64,000 nt of DNA. Origin: Vicugna vicugna (taxonomy: Eukaryota). The DNA is taken from assembly GCA_013265495.1 (NCBI GenBank), contig MU058451.1, forward strand, positions 1,898,167-1,962,166. Direction: 5' to 3'. The position numbers were made by a program, and so were the translations under genes. This document shows positions 39,237 to 50,659 of the stretch, piece by piece. How positions within the stretch are numbered: the stretch's first letter is position 1; every line of letters starts with the position of its first letter. The notes under the pieces are model-generated. The model saw nothing but the letters and a program-made list of their open reading frames with translations. It searched no databases and was not told where the DNA came from.

Positions 39237-39412
39237 CAGTGGCTCTCAGCCTTGGCTCCAAATCAGAATCACTCAGAGAGCATTAAACACACAGATTCCC
39301 AGGTTCCAATTACAAAGATTGCTTTCCAGTTGATTTGAATGCATCCTGGACTTTGAACTTTTTAAAAGTTTCCCAGAGATTCTAAGGTACAGCCAAAGAA
39401 CCACGGCCCTAA
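39237..39412. mobile_element. MER5B-type MITE
   Basis: 'cagtggctctcagccttggctccaaatcagaatcac...tttaaaagtttcccagagattctaaggtacagcca'. Confidence 0.75.
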
Positions 39413-39825
39413 AAGGAGTGCTTCTGATAAACTCTTCAGTTTGTCATTTCTTAAATTCTGCTCCTGAAGAAAATTTGTGATCCGTCAGATATTTATAAGC
39501 AATATTTTTTTTAATCTGATATGGCTGGGAAACACTAGGCTTAACAATGTTACTAGGTTATTTTACACCAAGAAGCCTCAGGGCCATTGCATCACAGCTC
39601 TTCCATGTGACATTTTCAAACTGTTTCACCAAAGAACACTTTCCTGAAGAGCATTTTATTAAATGGGTTTTAGGTTTTAGAAAACCCCAAAATTGTGTAT
39701 CTGTTTGTGCATGAATGTATTAACACAACCACTTATGTGCTTTTTGGAGAAAAAGCCCTTCATATTCATCAGATTTTTTTTTCAACCAGTTCTGAACGTG
39801 ATCCATAAATGGTTAAGAAATACTC

Positions 39826-40570
39826 GCCTAGTGGAGAAAAGGGAACCCTCCAACACTGTTAGTGGGAATGTAAATTGGTACAGCTACTATAGAGAACAAT
39901 ATAGAGGTTCCTTAAGAAACTAAAAATAGAGTTACCATATGATCCAACAATCCCATTCCTGTACATACATCCAGAAAAAAAAAGAAAACTCTAATTCAAA
40001 ATGATATATGCAACCCAATGCTCATAGCAGCACTATTTATGATAACCAAGACATGGAAGCAAACTAAGTGTCCATCGACAGATGAAAAGAGAAAGAAGAT
40101 GCGGTATATATAAACAATGGAATATTACTCAGCCATAACGAAGAGGGAAATAATGCCATTTGCAGCAACATGGATGGACCTAGAAATTACCATACTGAGT
40201 GAAGTAAGTCAGACAGAGAAAGACAAATATTATATGGTACCACTTACACGTGGAATCTAAAAAATAATGCAAATGAATTTATTTACAAAACAGAAACAGA
40301 CTCACAGGCATAGAAAACATACTTATGGTTACCAAAGGAGAAAGGGAGTAGGGAGGGGTAAATTAGAAGTGTGAGATTAACAAACACACATCACTATATA
40401 TAAAATAGATAAACAACAAGGATTTACTGTATAGCACAGGGAACTATATTCAGTATAATATAATAACCTATAATGGAAAAGAATCTGGAAAAAACGTGTA
40501 TATAACTGAATCACTTTGCTATACACCTGAAACTAACACAACATTATAAATCAACTATACTTCAGTTTTT
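39826..40570 (+). mobile_element. 5'-truncated L1 (ORF2 C-terminus plus 3' UTR) with TSD
   Basis: 'gtggagaaaagggaaccctcc...gggaatgtaaattggtacagc...atgccatttgcagcaacatggatggacc...caactatacttca'; TSD aagaaatactc (39815-39825, 40571-40581). Confidence 0.95.
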
Positions 40571-40727
40571 AAGAAATACTCCCCAAGAGTGTCAGATCCA
40601 CTTTGGGGTTCTAACAAGATCCACAAGAAACAAATAAAGAAAATAGAGAATTGTTCCTTCATGATCTTAGACTCAGTTATATCCACCAGACTGTCTTTGT
40701 ACTGATACTTACTAGTCCCATTCTTTT

Positions 40728-41088
40728 GGGTTTTTTAAAACATCTTTTCTATGATACATTCCAAATACTACAAAATCCACCCATTTAATGTATACAAGTT
40801 AATGGTTTTAGTATGCTCACAGAGTTGTGTATCCATCACCATAATCTAGTTGCTGCTTGTGCTTTTTGGTCTCATCTAAGAAGCCATTGCCTAATCCAAG
40901 GTCACAAAATTTTATGCTTGTTTTTGTCTAAAACTTTTATAGTTTTACATTTAGGTCTGTGATCCATTTTGAGTCAATTTTTGTGGCTGGTATAAGGAAG
41001 GAACCCAACTTCATTGATCTGCTTATGGACATCTGGTTGTGTTGAAAAGACTGCTCTTTTCCACATTGAATTGTCTTGGCACCCTCCT
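40728..41088 (-). mobile_element. L1MB-type fragment(s): 3' tip joined to an ORF2 segment
   Basis: 'cacagagttgtgtatccatcacc' then 'tgctttttggtctcatctaagaagccattgcctaatccaaggtcac'; ORF 40937-41239 ends with ORF2-like 'KIDSKWITDLNVK'. Confidence 0.85.
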
Positions 41089-41249
41089 CATTTCCTTTGA
41101 AAATTGTGGCATAAAAAAATAACATAAGATTTTCATAGATTAAAAGGTTCACTGAGAACCAGATAAGGTGGATATGTCTGATGAATACCGTTAGTGTCCT
41201 GGAACAATTTAAGAGCCTAATTTGGCAACCACTGGACACTGGGTAAGTA

Positions 41250-41700
41250 ATTTCTGTGTGCCGGGTTCTGAGATGATAGAAAGGTGAACTGACCCTAATT
41301 TCTGTCCAGTCTCTCAGTCCACCTGGGAAGACAGGTAAGCAAACAAATATAGCAATATGGGAGACGCTCTACTAGAGATACGTACAAGGCAAAATGGAAA
41401 CATGGTAGCCCAGTTGCTCAGCTCTGCCTGGCATGAAATTTGAGCTCAGCCTTGAAGTTGGAAAGGGCACTCCTGGAAGAAGGTAAAGAACAGTGGTGTG
41501 GAGGGAAGGGATCTTCAGTGGGAATGCCGTTGGGCTGGATGCTTGGAGTGTGTGCGGCGCGTGGAGAGTAGTTGGAGGTGAGACGGGAAGGCGGTCAGAG
41601 TGTGAAGAGCTCCCTCTGCAGGCCCGCCCGCGGGGTTCGGGCAACAGTCCGTGGGCAGGAGGCAGCTGCGGAAGGACCTCAGGAGGAGGTGGTTTAGTGA
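41250..41700 (-). mobile_element. L2 fragment
   Basis: Degenerate reverse L2 ('ctgtgtgccgggttctgagatg...tttgagctcagccttgaag...gggcactcctggaaga'). Confidence 0.5.
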
Positions 41701-42454
41701 GTTCCTAGAAGGTTCCTCAGTCTCCTTTGGGAATCTGGCTTTGGCAAGAGGTGGTCCCAAGTCTGGCATCACTGGCAGAGAGTCCTAAATCTTTCATTAT
41801 CTCCCAACCATGCCTCGGAAAGCTTGCACTCTCCTTACACAGGAAGTGCTCCACTCTTGGGTTCCAGTCACAGCTCAAGCTCCCTTCTTTATAGTAGAGC
41901 CCTGGCCCCAATAAAAATGAAAAGATAGGTAGGTACGATAAAATAGTAACTTCTCCAGATATTATCAGTGTCTCATCAGAGGCCAGCCAACTCTCATCAA
42001 GTTGAAGGTCAGTCCGCTTATTAGGACAAAAGGAATAGCCCTTGAAGTTATAGGAGCACCATGGCTCCAGACGCCCTGCAGCGTAATTTTACAGCTACAA
42101 CCCCAAAATATCCCTCCATCAGCAGTCATGGGAGAGCTCAAAAAACAGTGAAGAGTATGTTTATGCTAATGTAGTCAGGACACAGACCCCTACCTGTAAG
42201 TCTCTACCCCATATGCCATCTATGTTTCCAAAGACCTTAATGGTATTTGATGATGCCTGTTATTAAGACATAGGCTGTGGGAGTTTGTGGGGGTGTGTGT
42301 TTTAACTGAAAAGGCCTCTTAGAGGAACAATCTCTAATGCCCTACCTGAGCTCCAAGGAGGGGCGTCTAAGTGCTGTTATTTGTTAAGTAGAGCAAGAAA
42401 ACGTTCCTCAACACTGTGAGAAATAAATAAAGTCTTCAAAAATCAGTGGGAAGG

Positions 42455-42706
42455 GAGGTAGCGGAGCAGTTGAGTATTGGAGCAGGGTCGTACGACTGAA
42501 CTTTAAGCTTATGTCTGTCACTTACCAGCTGTGTGATCTTGGGCGCGTTACTTGTTGAAGCTTTAGCTCCTTGATCTGTAAAATCAGGATAATACCACGA
42601 CCTACCTCATAAAGCCATTGCGGGGATTCAGTGGGATAATCCGTGTAAAAAGCTTTGCTAGCTGGCAAAAATTAAGTGCTCGATGAGTGATCTCTGTTAT
42701 TATCAT
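42455..42706 (+). mobile_element. MIR SINE
   Basis: 'cacttaccagctgtgtgatcttgggc...atctgtaaaatcaggataata...cctacctcata'. Confidence 0.88.
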
Positions 42707-43360
42707 GAGGGCCAGAGAGATTTCTTAATTTCACTTCAGAAATCAATATAGATGCAGTACACTGAAAAGGATAATGTGTATTCATGGCGTGTAAAAGCTT
42801 CTGAACTGAATCCTTGGCCAAACCACACAGCAATGCACGTTTAAGCATAATTTCTGAGGAAATGGTACTGTTCTTAAATCTGTCCAAATGATATTTTTAA
42901 CATGTTGGGTTGTGATAGGGACTCAGCTCCATTGGTTTATGATGATTTGTGTCTTGTTGAAGAGGAAGGCTCCCAGCAACTGGCTGAGAGACGTAACCAG
43001 AACTAGCTTTAGCTGAAGTCCGTGGTTTCTCCAGAAAAGTCATCTGAGGCTGCAGTTACTACACAGGAGATGGACATAAGCTATGTAATTAAGGAAAGGA
43101 TGCATAACCAAAAAGTTATGATGATGAAAGGAGGGAAGATGACATGTAATTAACCTTTCCGACAGTTAACATCCTCTTTTCACAGAACTGCTCATTTAAA
43201 AAGATCCAGGTTTGCTGTGGCGTGTTATTAAATATTTAATTTACCTGCCTGCAGATTAAGTGATTTCCTCTATTGTTGTTGTTGTCGGTGAGTTATAGAG
43301 TCCTGCTTTTCACCACACCCACATTCCAAATTGTATTTTATTAAATGAACTTGATTTTTT

Positions 43361-43461
43361 TCTTGATTTTTTTTTCTACTGAAGTACTGTCAGTTACAAC
43401 GTATCAGTTTCTGGTGTACAGCACAATGTCCCAGTCATGCCTATACATGCATATACTCGTT
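43361..43461 (-). mobile_element. Short camelid-type L1 3' tip
   Basis: 'tgaagtactgtcagttacaac...tggtgtacagcacaatgtcccagtcatgc'; TSD ttaaatgaac(t)tgattttt. Confidence 0.85.
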
Positions 43462-44101
43462 TTAAATGAACTGATTTTTAAAGGAGCTGATTTTTCCCTG
43501 GACTCTCTAAATATAAACTAATATCAGATAAATATTCATTATGGGGAGGCCAGCCCAGTGTTTCGAATGAAGGATGAGCATGAGACAGGGAATTGTAGGT
43601 TCTCCACGGGCCAGCCAGGTCTCAGTGAGCAGGTGATAGGACAGGCCAGGCAGGGACAGAGCAGGGACAGGGACCAGGGAAACCTGTGGGACCAGGGAAG
43701 ACCAAGCAGAGTGTGCTTGGAAGATTTAGTCTGAGGTCAGTCTAGCCATGGTCGGAAATCAGGTGTTTCAAGAGCCACACAGAGGAGACCATTTGATAGG
43801 ACATTACAAAGAGAAAGCCCAAGCCTTGAAACCTGAGATGTAAGCATGTTTATTCAACTATTAGAGTCTCCAGGAAGGCCCAGAGCAGAAAACAAAGCAG
43901 ATAAGTGGTTGGCATCTGGAGGACCCCATGGCAGGCCGCAGGGTCCCAGCCCAGAGCACTAGAATGTAGGGTCAGGACTTCAGTCCCTGAAGGACTCAAA
44001 AGCTAAGACCACAGTTCCTGCTGAACAAGGCAGAACATAGGTCAGGAAATCAGAGGAGGAACTCAGGGCTCTCGAGTGGTAGATTATAAAGCTTCTGAAT
44101 T

Positions 44102-44201
44102 TTTTTTTTAATTTTGTTTTTTATTGAAGTGTAGTTGATTTACAGTGTTAGTTTCAGGTGTACAGCAAAGCAATTCAGTTAGACATATATGTATGTATAT
44201 T
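44102..44201 (-). mobile_element. Short L1 3' tip
   Basis: 'ttttattgaagtgtagttgatttacagtgttagtttcaggtgtacagcaaagc'. Confidence 0.88.
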
Positions 44202-44261
44202 TAAAACTTCTAAAATTCTTAAAAGGAGTGTCATGCAAGTCGTTAGTTATGCTAAATGTTA

Positions 44262-44505
44262 GCAATAAGAATAATTTTTAAATTACCAAGGGCTTATCAT
44301 ATGCTACTGTGCAAAGGGCTTTTACCGCATTTCTCATGAAATCCTTTGTAACCCAATGAGATTATTACTGTTATTATCCCCATTTTATAGATAAGGAAAC
44401 TGAGACATGGAAAGTAACTTGCCTAAGGTCATAGCAGGTGGTGAAGTCAGCATTCTAGCCCGGCAGTCTGACTACAAAGTCTGCACTCAGCATCATTACA
44501 CTCTT
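44262..44505 (-). mobile_element. MIR SINE
   Basis: MIR core 'tattatccccattttatagataaggaaactgagac...aagtaacttgcctaaggtca'. Confidence 0.92.
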
Positions 44506-44640
44506 CTCACCATTTTTCTTGTATATGAACCAAAGGAGTGATATATGGACTACTTCTGCAGTCTTACTTTTCACTCTTTTTTCACATTCATCTCATCTTC
44601 TGTCATTAGAATTATATATATATATATATATAAATCATTA

Positions 44641-44868
44641 ACGTATAGCATCATGATGATAGCTAATGAGACTGTATTGCATATTTGAAAGTTACCAAGA
44701 GAATAAATCGTCAAAGTTCTCACAAGAAAAAAAATTTTTGTGACTGTGTATGGTGGCAGATGTTAACCAGACTTACTGTGGTGATCATTTTGCAGCATAT
44801 ACAAATATCAAATCATTTTATTGTATACCTGAAATTAATGTTATATGTCAATTTTATATCAATAAAAA
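44641..44868 (+). mobile_element. L1MA9-like 3' end, preceded by (TA)n
   Basis: 'actgtattgcatatttgaaagttacc...cttactgtggtgatcattttgc...gtcaattttatatcaataaaaa'. Confidence 0.88.
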
Positions 44869-47055
44869 ATCATAATGAACATATAAATGAGAAAATGCTC
44901 ATGCCCTAGTAGGAATGTATACTTCCCTGAGTTACACTTGACAGTGAGGACAACAAACTACAAATATAAAAATGGGAGATATTAATAATAATAATGTCTA
45001 GTGTTAATTTGCTCCAGTGCCTCCTATGTAGAGACCTGTTGAAAGTCTTCATGACTGGGGCTCAAGGAATCCCCTCTTTGCTGGGCTCACAGGCAAAGAG
45101 CTACCCAAACCCGGTTTGCATTGCAAAGAGGAACGGGAGCAGCCCATTCACCATTGGCCAAGCAGAAGCATTTAAGCAGCTAAGGTCACCACGTGGGAGA
45201 GTTGTCAAAAGACCAGAGAAGTCAGCCCATCCCTAATGCTGACACCACCGAGGGCATTCTTGATCACGCCTCACTTCCTGCTCTGTGCTCAGGATTACAA
45301 GTTCCCTGGAGAGAGGAGAGCAGGAAGGGACTCTTCACCTACCATCCTTGCCTCCTGTCCCCCTGTGCACAGAAGGGACAGAGAAAAAGGTCAGCTCTCC
45401 CCTGCATGGTCAGAGCCTTTCACAGCCTCCCTTTCCTCCCTAGAATAGATAGTATCTGAAAACTCCATGCTCCAGGAACTGGCCCCAGCCCACATCCGTA
45501 GGTGGTGGTGGACCCCAAAGAGAAGCAGAATATAGGCAATGTCAGAAAACACTCAAATTCCAGCTTTTCAAAGGACCATGCCTACGGAACAAAACCATCT
45601 GTGGCCGGACTGTGGCCCCAGGCTGCCAATTTTTGACCTGTGTTAGAACCTCCCGTAATGAGAGGACCCAAGGGATCCCGTCAGAATCAGCACAGTTTGA
45701 CCTGAGAGGAACTGCGGCTCTTGCTTCAATCTCAAGATGTGTGCATGTATTTATAAAAGCATGTTCTTTAGTATTCCTGTAAGTAAATAGATATTTAAAA
45801 AACACAGATGCGTGACTTTACTCTGTGACTCACAGTAAACAATCCAGTGGCAACGCCCCTCAGCCTTGGAGCAAAAGCAGAAAACCACTTTCCCTCCCTC
45901 CTCCCCTCCCCCCAGCCTTTTATTAATAAATGGGAAATGGGACAACAAGTAAGTGGCAGTCTGAATGAGCTTTCAAAAAATGACCTGCCGGTGAGAACAG
46001 CCAGGTAGACCCCATTTTAGACTGCAGAATCCCAGGCTATGTCCTTCTTTAAAAACCGTGCAATTATTTCCTGTGTTTTCAAAAGCACAGGGCTCTTTAT
46101 TCATCCTCGGGTCCTTATTTACGTATGTTTGGTTTGTGTGGGCGTTGGGATCACAGGAGGGTGTTATCAACTCCACTGGTGAATATTTTTGGCTTTTTCA
46201 GTGTAGGACTCCTAGTTCACAGCATCTTATTTGTGTTTCTATGATTTTTGCTAACAGTATCCTTTACAAACATCTGTGGGGTGGGGACTTGGAAGCTGGG
46301 CCTGAGGGAGATGAATCTAACGTGACCAAGATCAGGGTTCTGGGGTGATGATCATGACATACAGTTCAGAAATCAACATGGGTTAATCCAGGTCCATAAA
46401 TCAGTTCCAGGTCATGTCATTGGTTTAAGACCCACAAAGGAAAGCCCATTATGGAGGAGAGGACCCTCTGCCACCTGCCAAGCCAGCCGAGCGACCTGGG
46501 ACCTAAGTTTTACATCTTCAGCTAGGAAATGAGAAGACGGTTGAATGACTTCTGAGGTTCCTTCCAGTTATAACATTCTGTGACTCTGTGATTTGTTATT
46601 CTTTGATCTAACGCTGAATGTGCTTTAAATGGAATAGACCGCATAAAATTCACAGGAGAATGTAGAAATCATTTTAAACCCAAGATGATGAACTCCTTTA
46701 TTTAGTGGCATCTACACTGTGGCAGGACATTAAGGAATTGTCGTGTTAGTTCATTTCAATAGCGTCTTCTCCTATCCTGTTTGTAGCTCATTGTCACACC
46801 AATGAATCAAGTGCCCGGGGCGGAATAGTGCTACACAAACGTTAAGCTCAACAGACTGCTGAATAATGTTGTATCTGTTGTCATTTGAGTGTCGCATATT
46901 TGCAAAGTGCTACTAAGCCGTTTTATGAACCCGTTTAACGTGGCACTTGGCACATGACAGGATGAGACTTCGATTTGGGAGGCATGGCGCGGGATGAGTT
47001 TCTTGACCCTCCTTGGAATTGGAAGTGATGGAGATTATGAGTGAATTGAGCTGCG

Positions 47056-47066
47056 GTGACTCAGCA
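47056..47066 (+). promoter_or_regulatory. ARE/AP-1 composite motif (GTGACTCAGCA)
   Basis: Exact match to the NRF2-sMAF RTGACTCAGCA consensus; function untested. Confidence 0.45.
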
Positions 47067-50000
47067 GGATGACGCCATCCAAGGCAGCCCCCCGGAGGCG
47101 GGAAGTCATGACCCAGGCATTCAGTGTGTCTTCTTAGAAGAGTCACTCACATTTAGTGTCCCCAGTTCTTAGTTTATAAAATTGGTCTTATGAAAAGTAT
47201 TGTCGCAGTTAATGGTTGCCACCATGTTTTTTTTTGAAGACTTTCTAGGATCCCAGATTTTTTAAAAGTGATAAAGGAATAATATATCATATGGTTGTAT
47301 TATTAGAAGTATTATTAGAAATATTCTTAAAAATAGTGTATATATGCTCACACACGTGTGTGCACACATGTGCGCTGAAATTATCTGCTTTATTCTTCAC
47401 ACTTAAGTTCAGTAGTCACAGTGGGAAAAAGAGGAGGTAATAATACACGACATTCTGCTGGATTAAAAAAAAATTATACAGCTCTTCAAAACAGTTGGCT
47501 GGTACAGTCTTTTTGGAATTTATATATCCATTGATTTGTTATTGAGCATGTAATTTACTTCTTTCGAAGGAAACTCCACTACTGAACCTTCATTTGATGT
47601 CTTCTCGTACCCTAACAATCCTGCTATTCCAGACACCTGAGATAAAATGTGCCTTTTTACCCCGACTCTCTTTTCTCCAGCACAGGATGTCAGAAGTGCT
47701 GCTGTGTCCATGCTTTGTACTTACAAACTAACGTTAGACTGAAAATGTATTGTCTGAAATAGCGTCTGTGAGAGTCAGTAGCTCTTGTGGGTGGGCCGTA
47801 TGCGAGCTCTGCCATCACTTGCCGTGCGATATTTATAATTAATACTGTCTCCTTCCTAGCCAACAGTTACACAGCTTAGTTTTCTGATTATGGAAACAAA
47901 GAATGAGTTCTCACACAGACGTATGATTGTTTTTACTGCCCTGGAAAAGGAAGATTCATGAAAAGAAACGAATTTCCGTTGGCCTCTGGCTTCCTACCCT
48001 TCTTCTAGGTTCAGCTGAGTTACTTTGCCACACTTGAAGGAGGGTAAGGATGCACATCTCTTTGTCTGGGGGATATTCAGAGGTGGCTCCTCCGTTCAAC
48101 ATCTCCTTTCTCCAGAAATCATTTGGATTCAGTGGAGTTCAAAATAACAAAGTAAGATATATTCTAATCCCAACCCAACTTTGTAGCAAAATTTCCTACT
48201 GGGTGACTTGGAAAGCCAAGTGTAGGTTTTGGCTGACGTGCTCCCTTTTAAACTTAGCTGCCAGTGCTGCCTGCAGGGCAGGTGACGGGAGGATGCCAGG
48301 CAGTGCCTCAGAAGCCAGTGGTAAGAAGCTGGATCTCTGAGCTCTGTGGTGATGTCCTCTGCCCCAGTCAGTGAGTACACACACTACTGGAAAGTCTCCA
48401 GCATCCCACTTGGCTTGTGGCTCAGTCACAGCTTCACTTACTGCTTTCCAAGTGGAAATGGGTCAAGGCTTTGGCACAGGAGGCTCAGGAAGAGAAAGGT
48501 GGGCCTTATCCTCAGCCTGCCTGCAAAGCAAAGGATAAAGCATCTTCATCACTCCTTTATTCTGCAGTCCTCAACTAACGAAGGCCATGGTCTCTGTTTT
48601 AGAGATACCCTTTCAGCTCCCCCTAGAGCTGACCATAGGAACAAAGGGTGAAATTCTAACCACACATAGATCTGCACCCAGGACAGCTTCAACACAGAGT
48701 GTTCCTGTATCTTGAGTCCAATGGCCAGGCAAGCTGGCATCTTTACTTCAAACTGAACAAAAACCAGGTATCTTCCTGCCAGAAGTCTCTCCAGCCAGCT
48801 GCAAACTGCCTGGTGCCCGAGCGCCCCAAGGAGGACAAGAAAAAGCAGTTTTCAAAACACATTTGACGTGGTGCTCCAATTTGGATCCTCTTAATTTTCG
48901 TTTACCCGGTTCCAGAATTCAGTTCCTACATTTGATATGCGTGTCCTCCGTGAATTTTATGGCTCTTCGAAAATCTTACCGTCTGGCTGTTGAGCTCTTC
49001 TTTTTTAAAGCAACTTGACAATTTCAGAATATACAATTACAGATAAAGGAAGAAAAGGGGCCAGATCAGTCTGTGTAAAACTGTGCTGACTGCATGATAC
49101 AGAGGCTAAGTCACGCCCGATAGTCTGGTCCTCAGCTCAGCACGAAATTGAGTATCTGAGAGCTGCGTGAAAATGGACTGCTATCTCCCAGCGACCCCGT
49201 GTTTCAGTACCTCCACTACCTCTCAGGGCTTTGCATTCAGTTTGAGAATGTTATTGAGATTTATCTAGCATCTTTCTTCCAATTACTATGCACCACACTT
49301 GGGAAAGAGGGTGGCCCCACCCATTTATTCTGAGCCATTACTGTGGATAAAGCTGCCTCGTCACTATAAATCAGAGTCTCTCTGTCTGAAATGCTATTTA
49401 ATAGTGTCCAGAGCTGTAAGTGAAATCGAGTGGTTCAGACTCAGAGCCAGGAGCTAAATACTTTGCATTCCCCTCTCAGCCCAGGCACTTTGACTTTATT
49501 CTGTGACTTCTGTCTGTATGCTCACAAGGAATTGAGACTGTGAGGTAAATTTGACAAAGAAAGATCACCATATTTGCAAGATCCTGGTGTTGAAATCATT
49601 TCATTTTAAATTCTAGGGTTAAGGTATGCTTCCCACCCCCATTTGCATTCTTCATCTTCTGTTTCTTCTATAAAATGATTGCAGATATCATTTAGCTACT
49701 GAAAAATGTTAATACTCTCATAAAAAGAGATCTGTAAACTTTAAGTGTTTAAGACCAAAGAGCTTCCCAAACTTGGGACCAAATTTTAAGCCTGTTTCAA
49801 GGTTCAAATTAATTCTATAAATCTCAAATCATTAAGAAATTCTCCTTTTATTTCCCCATCAGACTAGAGTTTCTTGATAATTAGCATTGTGTTTAATTTG
49901 CGTTAGAAAAGTCCACCTTTTCCAAACAGCATGTTGATGTCAGATGTCAGGAAATTTTTTATTGTACTTACTCCCCACCATGTCAGCTCCTCATGTGTTA

Positions 50001-50659
50001 CTAAGAATTCCAGGGCAATCCATTTAAGCATTGCAGGTTGGTTAAAGATGAGACAGTGTGCAGGGAATGCCTTGTTTCATTTTGGTTATCTGAACCTTTG
50101 AGAAGACCTAAGCCGAGAGTGTTGACCTTTGTTATGACCCGTTGCTTTTATGAGATGGCCATCCTTCTACGTCATCCATCCTAAGTGGCTCTTATCCCTT
50201 TTTTCTGGATAACTCCTGAGTAAGACCCACTTCACTCAAGTAATTTTCTCAATATTTGTCTTGCTGGCTGGGGGTCAAATTCAAGTTGAAGTTCAATGTC
50301 GTATTGAAAATTGTTGGCCATGGCAGTGTTTGAAGAGAGTATTTGGCTGTTAATTTCAGTTTTTCTCCTTCTGGGTCATTTTTTATTCTTCTGCTGTACA
50401 TTTGATCTTACAAGTTTTAGCCTGCAAATCCTTCAAGCAGTTGTTATCATTATAACACAAGAGAGAGAATGCTTTTCCTATCATGAGAGTGGTCATGGAT
50501 TCAGAGCTCATTAGAGTTGTAGGGAACTTTCACGTTTACCTTCTGCAGCACCATCTGACGTTTGCATCTACTCTACAATATAGATGTGTCTGACATTGTG
50601 TCTTACAGAACTCTTCCCTGCAGTAGTTGTAAGGACTTCACAAAATAGTCAAGTCACCA

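Noticed and set aside
48009..48043. 35-nt plus-strand exon-like unit (cttctag|...GG|gtaagg)
   Set aside because: The splice signals look good, but it is very short and frame-shifting, with no recognisable peptide or partner exon
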